Origin: Fibrobacter succinogenes subsp. succinogenes S85
GTDB lineage: Bacteria > Fibrobacterota > Fibrobacteria > Fibrobacterales > Fibrobacteraceae
Direction of reading: 5' to 3'
NCBI RefSeq assembly: GCF_000146505.1
Contig: NC_017448.1
Span: 2,910,001-2,942,000 of the forward strand
DNA: 32,000 nt
The translations under genes were made by a program, and so were the position numbers. A model generated the notes under the pieces. That model was given only the letters and a program-made list of their open reading frames with translations, made no database searches and was not told the DNA's origin. Positions 1 to 9,059 of the stretch are shown one piece after another (positions within the stretch are counted from its first letter, which is position 1; every line of letters starts with the position of its first letter).

Positions 1-999
1 AAAAGACAGGTTGCTGTGCGAAACGGTCAGGCGGTACGTGCCGTTTTTCACGAGTGTATTATTTACTTTGTCTACACCCGTGGTGGTACGCTTGATTTTC
101 TGGATATTCGCATTCTCGTCGTAGTACAGGTAGTCAATATTCACGGAGCGGCGGTAGGTCCAGCCACCTGGCGCGTTTGCGCCGTGATACATGAAATACC
201 AGTGCCCGAGATACTTGAAAATCGCCTGGTGGTTCGTCTCGGAGTTGTCGAGCTTGTCGTTCAGCACGCCCTTCTGCGTCCACGGGCCATTCAGGCTCGT
301 GGCCATCGAGTAATTCGTGGTAGACGGGTAGCCCGAGGCGTAACTGAAGTAGTAGTTGCCGCGGTATTTGTGCATCCAGGGCGCTTCGAAAAAGTCCCTG
401 ATCTTGATGTCTTCGGGCGTACTCGCGAGTTCAATCATGTTTTCCTTGAGCTTTACGCGACGGCCCGCGTTCCACGAGCCCCAATACATCCAGATGTCGT
501 TCCCATCGTAGAAAATTGCGGGGTCGATATTCAGCGCGACATCATTCGGGGTGTTGTCGGTCACGAGCGCCTTGCCGATAGCATCTTTCCACGGGCCCGA
601 GGGGTGATCGGCCACCGCGACGCCAATCGCAAAACCTTCGTCTTGCTTGATGGTCTTATGATGCACCGCCACGTACCAGTAGAACTTGCCATTACGGTAT
701 TCGCAATGGCCCGCGAAGGCGTTGCCGCTCGCCCACTTGAAGGTCCGCCATGAAAGTACCGCACCATAGTCATGGTAGTTTTCCATGTCGTCGGTCACCA
801 GCACATGCCAGTCGTTCATCAAGAAGAACTTGTTGTTGTTCCCCTGAGCGCCCTGCTCATCGTGGCCCGCAAAAATAAACAGGCTATCGTTGTGCACGAG
901 CGCCGCGGCATCGGCAGAGTAGAATTTTGTAGTGAGGGGATTCGCTGCCATCGCAACAGCCGCTACCCCCATCAGCATAGATAAAGCACGTTTAAACAT
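1..999 (-). CDS. GH43-family glycoside hydrolase (arabinofuranosidase/beta-xylosidase type), C-terminal part cut by window edge
   Basis: Absent from the supplied ORF track because there is no stop inside the window. Hand translation of the minus strand from ATG 999-997 stays open to base 1: MFKRALSMLMGVAAVAMAANPLTTKFYSADAAALVHNDSLFIFAGHDEQGAQGNNNKFFLMNDWHVLVTDDMENYHDYGAVLSW...GSWNAGRRVKLKENMIEL...FFEAPWMHKYRGNYYFSYA...NIDYLYYDENANIQKI. It has a signal peptide plus GH43 propeller-type blocks. The last ~20 codons (GTYRLTVSHSNLS) look like the start of an appended module. It starts 20 nt after the arabinanase stop, so it is probably co-transcribed. Confidence 0.8.
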   Translation of the reverse strand, partial: MFKRALSMLMGVAAVAMAANPLTTKFYSADAAALVHNDSLFIFAGHDEQGAQGNNNKFFLMNDWHVLVTDDMENYHDYGAVLSWRTFKWASGNAFAGHCEYRNGKFYWYVAVHHKTIKQDEGFAIGVAVADHPSGPWKDAIGKALVTDNTPNDVALNIDPAIFYDGNDIWMYWGSWNAGRRVKLKENMIELASTPEDIKIRDFFEAPWMHKYRGNYYFSYASGYPSTTNYSMATSLNGPWTQKGVLNDKLDNSETNHQAIFKYLGHWYFMYHGANAPGGWTYRRSVNIDYLYYDENANIQKIKRTTTGVDKVNNTLVKNGTYRLTVSHSNLSF

Positions 1000-1019
1000 A
1001 CCCAAACATCCCTTTTTTG

Positions 1020-3104
1020 TTAGCGATTCATCACCTTGAAAATGTACTTTCCTTTAGGCAGGCCCTGCAGTGACACCTCAGATTCCATGCGCACAGTCTT
1101 TCGAGCCATCAGCTGACCCATCGGGTTCATCACGAAGACTTCGTAATTGCCAGGACGATCAAAATGGAGGGTGTAGCCCAAAGCATTTGCAGTCAATTTA
1201 TAGCCGGTTTTCAAAGACTTTGTCTGAGCGAGAGCCGTCGAAATTTCGCTGGAACTGGAAACTTCAGCGATGCTGGAGCTAGATTCCACCGGAGCCACGC
1301 TGGAGCTCGAGGCAGGCGGTTCGGCAATTTTTCCGAAGCGGATGTTGCCGACCAGCACTTCGCCGCTCATGCCGCTGCCCGTGAGATAGAAGTCCTTGAC
1401 GCCCGAAAGCTTCTTGGTGGCAGAGCAGTTCACTTCGGTCCAGGCGCCGTTTGCGCAGTTCGAAGGAACGGTGCACTTGGAAAGTTCCGTACCCGAAGCA
1501 GAACCTTCGCGGATACTGAGCGTTCCGCCGCGGCACTGCTGCAGTTCGACCTTGACTTCGGTGCTCTTGATAGAATCCGTCACCACGTTTTCGAAGATGG
1601 CGTAGCCACCGCTCTTGACGGCAAGCTTGTCGTCGTTCGTGAGGCGCACCTTGATGCCGTTATCGAACCCGTTGCCCGGAATGGTATCGCGAATCACGCG
1701 CAAGAAGTCGATGCGGTCCAGTTCCGCATAATTCTGGTCGGGTTCCACCTCAATAAAGTTGCCGCCGCGCTTGAGCTTTGCAGGCACCATCGCCACGGAC
1801 TTTTCGGGGAAACTGCCCCAGGCGCCCGTCTTCGGGAGCTTTACCGTCTGCGCCTTTCCATTCACCGTTACCTTGTGCGTAGCATCTTTATCGCCGCCAT
1901 TCGCGTAGCGGTAACGCATAATGTAGTCGCCAGCCTGCATAATGTTCATCGGCAAGCGAATCTTGGAACCCTTCGTATTGATGTAGCCCACGTATTCGCC
2001 GTTCGAGGCTTCCTTCGTGTAATTGAAGGTCAGGTCATCCGTCGCACCGCGTGTCATAATGCCGTGTTCCGCCTCGGCACTCAGGTAGCGCCCGAGGAAG
2101 GGCTGCCCCATTTCGGGCCAGTTGTCGTCGGTAAACACCAAGTCGCGAATGTGGATGTGGTTGAACTTGTCGCCGGTCAGGTCGTAGTAATGATGCACAA
2201 AGCGGATGCGGTTCAGGTCCTTGAAGGCTTCGCCGCCGCCCGGGCCCACGTAACGGCTGTAACGCTGCATCAGGATGGTTCCGCCACCCTTGTTGAGTTC
2301 CTTGCCGCTGCGGTCCTTGTAGGTTCCATTTACCTTGTCGGCGCGGCCCATGGCCGTTTTGTAAGTGGTCTGTTCGATTTCGTTACCTTGTTTGCAACAT
2401 ACGTCCCAGGCCGTGAACAAGAAATACTGCCCGCCGTGCTCGATGAGGCTCGGGCCTTCGATACCCGTACCGCCGCGCGTCGCAATCTGGTAGTTCTTCT
2501 TGTCGTCGCTCGCCTGCTTGCCCGTCTTGGGGTCCAGCTTGATCAAGCGGATACCGCCCGCATTCCACGAACCGTACGTCATCCAGTACTGACCATCGGG
2601 AGTCACCACCACGTCGGCATCAATCGCGTTGTAGTTGTTGCTGTTTGTGGTACGCGTCACCTCGCCCTGGTCCGTCCAGCCCTTTGCCGGATCCGAGAAG
2701 TTCAGGTTCGCGTTCGTCGTGACACCGATTGCAGACGTGCGCTGGCCAAAAACGGAGCCGCAGTAAAACACGCCGTACTGGTTATTGAAATGGAACAGGT
2801 CCGGAGCCCAGATGCCGTCAGTCCTTCCGCCCACGGCATTCTTGAGCCACTGCGGGCTATCCCTGAAAATCTGGCCCTTCGAACTCCACTTGACCATGTC
2901 CGTCGAGGTCCACATTGCTAGGTTGTTATTCGTGGACATAAGGATGTAGCCATTCTCGTCCCTGTACATGGAAGGGTCATGGCCCCCTTGGCGCACGTCA
3001 GTTGCATACCACGACTGAGCGAACGCACCTTGGCCCGCAAAAGCGAGCGTGAAAATTGCCGCGGACACCACTCCGCGAGAATTTAATCCCATTACACCAA
3101 ACAT
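1020..3104 (-). CDS. Secreted GH43 endo-1,5-alpha-L-arabinanase with two CBM6/35-like modules, Ser-rich linker and T9SS-type C-terminal domain
   Basis: From ORF 1020..3158, with the start moved to ATG 3104. This gives the signal peptide MFGVMGLNSRGVVSAAIFTLAFAGQGAFA, and AGGAG (3111-3115) lies 6 nt upstream. Arabinanase blocks: GGHDPSMYRDENGYILMST, IWAPD, AIDADVVVTPDGQYWMTYGSW, GIEGPSLIEHGGQYFLFTAWDVCC. CBM6/35-like block: SNGEYVGY...AGDYIMRYRYANGG...VTVNG...TGAWGSF. Linker: PASSSSVAPVESSSSIAEVSSSSE. The tail NYEVFVMNPMGQLMARKTV...LPKGKYIFKVMNR resembles a Por-secretion sorting domain. Confidence 0.85.
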   Translation of the reverse strand: MFGVMGLNSRGVVSAAIFTLAFAGQGAFAQSWYATDVRQGGHDPSMYRDENGYILMSTNNNLAMWTSTDMVKWSSKGQIFRDSPQWLKNAVGGRTDGIWAPDLFHFNNQYGVFYCGSVFGQRTSAIGVTTNANLNFSDPAKGWTDQGEVTRTTNSNNYNAIDADVVVTPDGQYWMTYGSWNAGGIRLIKLDPKTGKQASDDKKNYQIATRGGTGIEGPSLIEHGGQYFLFTAWDVCCKQGNEIEQTTYKTAMGRADKVNGTYKDRSGKELNKGGGTILMQRYSRYVGPGGGEAFKDLNRIRFVHHYYDLTGDKFNHIHIRDLVFTDDNWPEMGQPFLGRYLSAEAEHGIMTRGATDDLTFNYTKEASNGEYVGYINTKGSKIRLPMNIMQAGDYIMRYRYANGGDKDATHKVTVNGKAQTVKLPKTGAWGSFPEKSVAMVPAKLKRGGNFIEVEPDQNYAELDRIDFLRVIRDTIPGNGFDNGIKVRLTNDDKLAVKSGGYAIFENVVTDSIKSTEVKVELQQCRGGTLSIREGSASGTELSKCTVPSNCANGAWTEVNCSATKKLSGVKDFYLTGSGMSGEVLVGNIRFGKIAEPPASSSSVAPVESSSSIAEVSSSSEISTALAQTKSLKTGYKLTANALGYTLHFDRPGNYEVFVMNPMGQLMARKTVRMESEVSLQGLPKGKYIFKVMNR

Positions 3105-3118
3105 AATACACTCCTTTA

Positions 3119-3139
3119 AATGTACTAAATAATGTACTA
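3119..3139. promoter_or_regulatory. Direct repeat AATGTACTA x2 (12-nt spacing) in the arabinanase upstream region
   Basis: AATGTACTA occurs at 3119-3127 and 3131-3139, 15-35 nt upstream of the arabinanase start. The TGTACTA core recurs upstream of the adjacent TIGR02147 gene (6286-6336). Confidence 0.3.
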
Positions 3140-3213
3140 TAATTTTTCGAAAAATCAATACCTGTAATAAAAAAAATAAGTAAATGCGTCGTTTTTACAG
3201 ATTCCTTGTTTTT

Positions 3214-3241
3214 GCAAAAAAATGCCCCGTTTGAAGGGGCT
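3214..3241 (-). terminator. Rho-independent terminator after lipoprotein gene 3250-5367
   Basis: On the minus strand: GCCCC-ttcaaac-GGGGC followed by ATTTTTTTGC. It begins 9 nt after the stop codon. Confidence 0.7.
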
Positions 3242-3249
3242 TATTCTCT

Positions 3250-5367
3250 TCAATCTTGATTTTTATCAAGGACTCTTTTTTGCAATGCGTAAAAAAGTCG
3301 CATCCAGTTTACGCTCTGCGTACCGTCGAAGAAGAATATTTCATCCATTCCACCTACGAAATTTCTTTCATAGCCAATGGCTGGATTTTTGCAGGCCGAA
3401 AAACCTAATCCAGAATCAAATTTTGCAACTTCTATTTTGACGCCATCGGCGTAAGTAAACACGCTATCGCCCCGAATGGTAAAAGAATAATTATGCCAAT
3501 CGCCATCAAGAATTCTCGCGTTTCCATAAGTTGAATTGTACACGCCCTTGCCATTTGCGCGAGTATCAAGGCGCAAGTTCACCCCAGCCTGATTGGCGTG
3601 TTGTTGCAAAATAAATCCAACACTATCTTTTTTACAAGAAAGCAAACGAGTGTAGCTCTTACCTTCGGGTAAAGTCGCTTGAGAAACGCTATCACCTTTA
3701 ATCCAAATGGACGCCGACATCAGCCTGCCGTTTTCTGTAAATGGATCAAAATCATTGACCAGCATCCACGTATCCGTATAATCAGTCCATAAAGCTCCAC
3801 CTAAAGCCGCCCTCATTTCGCTTGATTTAAATTTTGCGAAAGCTGCATCAGAAACTTTTTCATTATCCAAATGTAATGTGCGGCGCGAAAGTTCGACTTC
3901 AGGTCCTTTATCGCGATAGCAACTGTCTAACAAGTCAAAGCTCAATGAACCGTCCGCACTAAAATTAACTTGGTCTAAACGTCCCCAGTACAATAGGGAA
4001 TCACCATCACTTTTTTCCAACGCAATTACGTTTCGGTTCGCATCGACAAGGCATGGCCTTGCGGCAGGTTTCTCCAAACGGATGGGGAGTGGCATGTCTT
4101 TGAATGTTTCGTCTGCAGAAGATAGGTCTTCGAAACCGTCGGGGAGTTTTACGCTTATTTCTGAAACGTTTGTGTAGTTTGAGGCAAATGCAAATACGGT
4201 TTCATCTTTTTTAAGGGGAAATTCAGCCCAGAACATACCTTCGTCTGTGATGAAAACACTCCATGGACCTTCGGGGGCTTCGGGCATATTATCCAATTTA
4301 ATTAAACCGTTTGCAGCATCAGTAGAATCTAGCACGTGTTTGATGACGCCGAATGTGGAATAGACGGTATTGTTTTTTAGCGTTCTGTCCAAGACTGTTT
4401 TGATTTTCAGCGTGTCCCCGATTTTTCTATCGAGATCTCTGAAATCGAAATAGGCGCGTGCGTTCCCTTCGGTTACTTCTTTCTCTGATATATCGACGCA
4501 TTTTGCGCCTGTGGAATCAATGAGATAATTAGGGCAGTTGCCTAACTCAAAATGGATGGGAATAGTTTTCTTGCTTCCGTCTGTTTTGACGAGAATGGAG
4601 TCGCAAATTTTACCACCCTGCAAGGTTAAATCTAAATCAGAATCGAAGATTCCAAAATATGCAATGCCCATGTCTGTTTCGTAAGGTTCAACGCGGAGAC
4701 CAAAACCTGCATCGTATACAATGAGGGAATCGCCTCTAAACACTTCTTTTTTGCAGTTGCATGATATAAAGCTTTCGCCTTTTAAACCAAACGATTTTGT
4801 ATCAAAGAAAACTTGATTGATTTTGTTTTTTGTAGAATCCTCGGGATAATCGGAACTATAAAAACGTTTCGTTTCCTTAACCATTATGGTTGTTACACCC
4901 TTGTCGTCAATGCGGTAGGTTTCGCCGTCTTCGGTGTCCAAATTAAGAGCGATAGAAATGGCGTTTCCTTTTACGGGTACAATGGTTAAAGTGTCGTAAT
5001 TCTGCACTGGAACATTGTTGATGGTTACGTATCCCATTACAATGTCTGCGTTATCGGCTATTTCTTCTAGGTATTCTGTAGTGGTGAATATGGTGTCGCC
5101 AACAGTATCCCGTACGGTGCGAGAAAGTTGCAATGTGTCGCCTTCCGAAATTTGCAAATCATCGACGATGACCATGACGCGAGCCATGCCACTGCCGGTA
5201 TTCGTTTCAATAAGGACTTTGTTGCCTGTGTTTGTTTCAATGAAAATTCCAGCGGCGTCGGATCCTGAATTTCCGCAACCGATGAGCAATAGTGTGCAAG
5301 ACGCCGATAGCGCCAATACAATGCTTTTTAAACAGGTCTTACGATTTCCCAAAAACTCCCAAAACAT
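3250..5367 (-). CDS. Cassette 1 lipoprotein, ~705 aa, C-terminal LamG (Laminin_G_3)-like domain
   Basis: From ORF 3250..5484, with the start moved to ATG 5367. This gives MFWEFLGNRKTCLKSIVLALSASCTLLLIGC, with lipobox LIGC. GGGAGG (5373-5378) lies 5 nt upstream, inside the preceding gene. The C-terminus matches the LamG pattern: SIWIKGDS...DGDWHNYSFTIRGDSVFTYADGVKI...NPAIGYERNFVGGMDEIFFFDG. The central ~500 aa have no family I recognise. Confidence 0.75.
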   Translation of the reverse strand: MFWEFLGNRKTCLKSIVLALSASCTLLLIGCGNSGSDAAGIFIETNTGNKVLIETNTGSGMARVMVIVDDLQISEGDTLQLSRTVRDTVGDTIFTTTEYLEEIADNADIVMGYVTINNVPVQNYDTLTIVPVKGNAISIALNLDTEDGETYRIDDKGVTTIMVKETKRFYSSDYPEDSTKNKINQVFFDTKSFGLKGESFISCNCKKEVFRGDSLIVYDAGFGLRVEPYETDMGIAYFGIFDSDLDLTLQGGKICDSILVKTDGSKKTIPIHFELGNCPNYLIDSTGAKCVDISEKEVTEGNARAYFDFRDLDRKIGDTLKIKTVLDRTLKNNTVYSTFGVIKHVLDSTDAANGLIKLDNMPEAPEGPWSVFITDEGMFWAEFPLKKDETVFAFASNYTNVSEISVKLPDGFEDLSSADETFKDMPLPIRLEKPAARPCLVDANRNVIALEKSDGDSLLYWGRLDQVNFSADGSLSFDLLDSCYRDKGPEVELSRRTLHLDNEKVSDAAFAKFKSSEMRAALGGALWTDYTDTWMLVNDFDPFTENGRLMSASIWIKGDSVSQATLPEGKSYTRLLSCKKDSVGFILQQHANQAGVNLRLDTRANGKGVYNSTYGNARILDGDWHNYSFTIRGDSVFTYADGVKIEVAKFDSGLGFSACKNPAIGYERNFVGGMDEIFFFDGTQSVNWMRLFYALQKRVLDKNQD

Positions 5368-5368
5368 G

Positions 5369-6286
5369 TTAGCCTCCCTGAACCAAGTCTTTTTCAAACG
5401 GACGACGCTTTTGATTTGCCGAGATTGCGGCGGTGTCGTAGTCGCTTGCTTTGCTCGCGTCTTCGCGGATATTGCTGAACACATGCAGGTTGATGTGTTC
5501 GACGATTTCTGGCTTTTCGCTATCGGCAGTTACGATGTGCCGTATTTGAGCTTTGAATTTTTCTGCAGCAACTTCGACTTGCTTTTGTGCTTTCTTGGAA
5601 ACCGAGAATGTGAATGTGGTCATGTCTCGTGATTCCTTGCCTGCCGATTCCAAAGCCTGTTTTGAAAGTTCTAGACATTGCTTTTGGAACTGTAAAACCA
5701 TTTGGCTCTTGCTTTGTTGCACTGTGGCAAGACTGTCTTTGGTTGGCTTCCAGAATCCGCGTTCATCACGGCGAATCAGCGACATCTTTTTCATCAACTC
5801 AAGGCTCGCTTGCAGTTTTTTCTCGCTTACCGGCGGGAATATTTTTGCGGCAAGTTCAGAGACGTCGTCCGCAACATCCATCACTTCGAGAATCGCATAG
5901 ACCGTGCTGTTGTACCAGTTGCCAAAGAACTCGTAACTGTCCGGGTCCACAATGGCTTGCGGCGTCTTGTTCAGGCGCATCATGGCATCGAACGCTGCCT
6001 CGCGCACCTGGGCAGTCTTCCCCTGGTCGAAATCAATCATCGCCTCAAAATACTTGGCTTCATTGCCCTTTAGCCCAATGACATTGATAAAGCGTTCGCG
6101 CATGTTGTCAGTCACGCGCTTGCCCTGCACCACGTCGTTAAAATAGCTGCGTGTATTCGGGAGACCTAGTAAATTGCAAAATTCGGTGCGCGAAAATGTC
6201 GGTTCTGCGGCTTGCCTACGTTCTTGGTATTCGGCGAGGTATTTGCGGAACCGAGTAAAGTCATAAATGTTCACAAAAGTGCTCAT
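5369..6286 (-). CDS. Cassette 1 TIGR02147-family protein (HTH, DUF4423-like)
   Basis: Matches the TIGR02147 signature: MSTFVNIYDFTRFRKYLAEYQERRQ...FSRTEFCNLLGLPNTRSYFNDVVQGKRVT...KYFEAMIDFDQ...FFGNWYNSTVYAIL...winged-helix-like LELMKKMSLIRRDERGFWKP. No TM segment or signal peptide. The stop TAA (5369-5371) is separated by 1 nt from the ATG of the next gene. Confidence 0.85.
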   Translation of the reverse strand: MSTFVNIYDFTRFRKYLAEYQERRQAAEPTFSRTEFCNLLGLPNTRSYFNDVVQGKRVTDNMRERFINVIGLKGNEAKYFEAMIDFDQGKTAQVREAAFDAMMRLNKTPQAIVDPDSYEFFGNWYNSTVYAILEVMDVADDVSELAAKIFPPVSEKKLQASLELMKKMSLIRRDERGFWKPTKDSLATVQQSKSQMVLQFQKQCLELSKQALESAGKESRDMTTFTFSVSKKAQKQVEVAAEKFKAQIRHIVTADSEKPEIVEHINLHVFSNIREDASKASDYDTAAISANQKRRPFEKDLVQGG

Positions 6287-6336
6287 ACTACAAAATATAC
6301 TATAATTTTGAATGAAAAGTAGTACAATGTGTAGTA
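6286..6336. promoter_or_regulatory. AT-rich upstream region of cassette 1 with three TGTA[CG]TA copies
   Basis: TGTAGTA lies on the minus strand at 6286-6292, abutting the ATG. TGTACTAC lies on the minus strand at 6319-6326, and TGTAGTA on the plus strand at 6330-6336. There is no Shine-Dalgarno sequence before ATG 6286. Confidence 0.3.
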
Positions 6337-6359
6337 AAAATGGCTTTGAATTGAGCTTA

Positions 6360-9008
6360 CTAGAACAGCACCCTGTACGGAACTTGCTTGCTATAGTGAC
6401 GCCCTTTCAGGTCGTGGAAACCTTGTTTGCGAGGGAACAGACGTAAATCATTGCGGTTTGCCGCTTGTCGATTCATAATTGCGGTAGTTGTTGAATCGCC
6501 GACTTCGGTGGAGTCTCCTGCAACAATAGATGATGTTGTAAGCAGTTGTGTCACGCCGATGTAGCGGCTAAAGGTGTCGCCTGCATTGTCCTTGAGCGTA
6601 AATTTGATGTAGCCCACGCCGCCGAAGTTATCGGCAAGTTTTACAGTCATCTTGGATCCGCTCACGGTTGCGGTTACGCCTGTCGGGGCGTTCACGGTAT
6701 AGGAGCCGTTATCGTAGCCCTTGGTAAATTGAGCAAGGTCAATGACCTGGGTTTCACCTTTTGCAAAAGTATAGTGCGCGCGAGCCATCCATTCAAGATA
6801 ACGTTCGAGTTCAGTCCAGCCGTCACCCAATCGGTCTTTGTTTGCGTCGCTAAAGTCACCGCTCTTGGATTTCGGATTGTAACCGTACATATTTTCCCAC
6901 CAGTCCGGAAGACCATCGAGATCGGAGTCGTAATCGTTTGCCCTGCTTGTGCTCGGGTAGGGTTCCCAGCCCTTGATATTCGCTGTGTCAACGGCGTCCG
7001 TTTCGCGGTCAGGGATTCCCTTGGTTTTGCCGACAGAACCCACGACGCTGTAAGTTCCGTTTTTTGTTTCCCTGATCATGCGCTGGTCATGATTGTCGAG
7101 AATAGGCTTTGTTTGGCCTACATCGCTCAGCACGTCCTTGTAAGCTGCCGATGCGCTTTGTACAGTGGCGTAAGAGGCGAAGAAAGGTTTGCTGTTCCAT
7201 GGTTCCCAATCGAGAACTTGCCCGCCGCTCAGTGTGTATTCGCGTCCGCAGTTGTCGTTGTTCCCATTGCAAGTGAATGAACCGTTTGCGGCTTGCAAAA
7301 TGTTGTTGTGGTAATAGTAAGCTTGCGAACCTTTGCCAGTTCCTTCAAATTGGGCGCGCAACGTATAACCGTGAAGAGTTGTGCCTGCGCCTTCCTTGTA
7401 GTAATTGCCGACGAAGTTTACTTCGTGCGCTCCGCCATCGGTCACGCGACTTTTCCAATTGTAGACCACGTTGTTAAAAATGTCCAGGCGACCTGCATAA
7501 TAGCCGTTACCGTCTAGCCCACCGCCAAGACTCCAGTTGCGCCCTGCGTTGTGCGCCAGCAAGTTGTGGTGGAAACTCCCGATGTCGCCGCCGATTGTTG
7601 CTGCGTATCCATGTCCTGTTCCTGCTGCATAATTTTGGTGGTCTGCGACATCCAAGGCTTCCGAAATTAAAGTGCGCTGTAGCGTCAGGTTTTTGCCGCC
7701 GCGACTGCTGAACGCTTCGTCAATTGTCCAGCTGATACTTGCGTGGTCAAGAATGCTGTGGTCTCCGCCTGTAAGGCCCATGCCATCGTAAGTTGTGCCG
7801 TAGCCTAAGCGCACACGCATAAAACGGATAACCATATCCTTGCCCGTAAAGCCGATGGGATCGCTTTTAATCGTAATTCCCTTGCCGGGTGCCGTTTGCC
7901 CAGCTATTGTTACATAATCTTGATTGCACACTAGGCGACTTTTAAGTTGTATTACGCCTGCGACTTTGAACATGATGGTTCGTGGACCGATATCTGCTGT
8001 ACACGCTTCGCGCAAACTGCCGGCGCCATCGTCGTTCAGATTTGTTACGTACACGACTTTTCCGCCACGGCCACCGACCGCGTTACGACCATAGCCCTCG
8101 GCTCCTTCAAACGCTAAACGCCCTGGTTTGAATGACCAGATATTTCCTGCCGTAACCGTTCCGTTCGCATCAACTTCATCCACGCGCCAATAGTAGGTCT
8201 GGAGCGGAGTCGTGCCGCTCACCTTATACGAGTTCCCGGATTGCTCGCCCTTGTAAATGGAAGTCGTTGCGGAATTTGCCGAGGTCGCCTTTAAAACCGT
8301 TGCAGAATCCGTCCCGAAATAGACGCGATGCTTTACGGCCGACTTCGCCGCCGTCCACGAAAGCGTCAGCGCCCCGTTTTCGTGTGGAACGTGGTAATCC
8401 AAATCCGTCGGAGAAGGGCTTGTTGCTTGTGCAGCCACATTGGGAACATTCAATTCAAAACCGTTTAGGGTAATCGTACCCGTGTTTAGTTTTACGGTGG
8501 TTGAAGCGCTTGCGCCGCTTACGGAAAAAGTTACATACGCGATCGCCGCACTGGATGTCGAAAGTGCGCGATTTGTTGGTTTGACCGAGGCTTGCTTTGA
8601 ATTGTTCACGTAGACATCAATGCTGTTGCTTGCCGCAACGCCATCGACATTGTTCAGATACAAAAGAAGGCTATGCGTCCCTGCTGCAAGATTCGAGAAC
8701 GTGAGAGTAATGTTTCCGCCGCCTTCGACCATCACACCATCGCACACTAGTTTTGCATAGGAAGGTGATTGTACTCCTGCCTTGTACCAGTTCGTCTTGA
8801 GATTTCCGCTACCGGCGACCTTGATTTTTACGCCCGAAAGTGTCGTATCTTTGGATGTGACGCCCGAAACCACCCACGGCACATAATTCGGCTCGGTTAC
8901 TTCGCTTGAATTACGTCCGCTCATGTCAAAATCAACTTTGATGATTGGTGAACCCGCGAAGGCATGCGCAGCGAGTCCCAAAACCAACATTGATTTAAAA
9001 TATCCCAT
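6360..9008 (-). CDS. Secreted PL1-family pectate lyase with N-terminal beta-sandwich and Fn3-like modules and a short basic C-terminal tail
   Basis: Signal peptide MGYFKSMLVLGLAAHAFAG, with GGGAG upstream. Catalytic block: FEGAEGYGRNAVGGRGGKVVYVTNLNDDGAGSLREACTADIGPRTIMFKVAGVIQL...VTIAGQTAPGKGITIK...MVIRFMRVRLG. Calcium-binding-type repeat: DYDSDLDGLPDWWENMYGYNP. Tail: RKQGFHDLKGRHYSKQVPYRVLF. Confidence 0.8.
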   Translation of the reverse strand: MGYFKSMLVLGLAAHAFAGSPIIKVDFDMSGRNSSEVTEPNYVPWVVSGVTSKDTTLSGVKIKVAGSGNLKTNWYKAGVQSPSYAKLVCDGVMVEGGGNITLTFSNLAAGTHSLLLYLNNVDGVAASNSIDVYVNNSKQASVKPTNRALSTSSAAIAYVTFSVSGASASTTVKLNTGTITLNGFELNVPNVAAQATSPSPTDLDYHVPHENGALTLSWTAAKSAVKHRVYFGTDSATVLKATSANSATTSIYKGEQSGNSYKVSGTTPLQTYYWRVDEVDANGTVTAGNIWSFKPGRLAFEGAEGYGRNAVGGRGGKVVYVTNLNDDGAGSLREACTADIGPRTIMFKVAGVIQLKSRLVCNQDYVTIAGQTAPGKGITIKSDPIGFTGKDMVIRFMRVRLGYGTTYDGMGLTGGDHSILDHASISWTIDEAFSSRGGKNLTLQRTLISEALDVADHQNYAAGTGHGYAATIGGDIGSFHHNLLAHNAGRNWSLGGGLDGNGYYAGRLDIFNNVVYNWKSRVTDGGAHEVNFVGNYYKEGAGTTLHGYTLRAQFEGTGKGSQAYYYHNNILQAANGSFTCNGNNDNCGREYTLSGGQVLDWEPWNSKPFFASYATVQSASAAYKDVLSDVGQTKPILDNHDQRMIRETKNGTYSVVGSVGKTKGIPDRETDAVDTANIKGWEPYPSTSRANDYDSDLDGLPDWWENMYGYNPKSKSGDFSDANKDRLGDGWTELERYLEWMARAHYTFAKGETQVIDLAQFTKGYDNGSYTVNAPTGVTATVSGSKMTVKLADNFGGVGYIKFTLKDNAGDTFSRYIGVTQLLTTSSIVAGDSTEVGDSTTTAIMNRQAANRNDLRLFPRKQGFHDLKGRHYSKQVPYRVLF

Positions 9009-9027
9009 AACATACTCCCTGTTGCAT

Positions 9028-9059
9028 ATAAAAATACCCTCGATTCAACATTGAGGGTA
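9028..9059 (-). promoter_or_regulatory. Terminator-like hairpin plus T-run in the leader of the PL1 gene
   Basis: On the minus strand: TACCCTC-aatgttgaatc-GAGGGTA followed by TTTTTAT. It ends about 20 nt upstream of ATG 9008. Confidence 0.35.

Noticed and set aside
16-753. 245-aa plus-strand ORF at the left edge
   Set aside because: It is antisense to the GH43 gene, which has clear family motifs and a signal peptide on the minus strand. The plus-strand product is Arg/Val-rich low-complexity sequence, typical of a shadow ORF.
1164-2921. 585-aa plus-strand ORF
   Set aside because: It lies entirely antisense to the GH43 arabinanase. It has Arg/Ala/Val-rich composition and no recognisable motifs.
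5368-5484. 39-codon N-terminal extension of the cassette 1 lipoprotein ORF, overlapping the TIGR02147 gene
   Set aside because: The internal ATG at 5367 gives a canonical lipoprotein signal and has GGGAGG 5 nt upstream. The extension is simply the alternative frame of the upstream gene.
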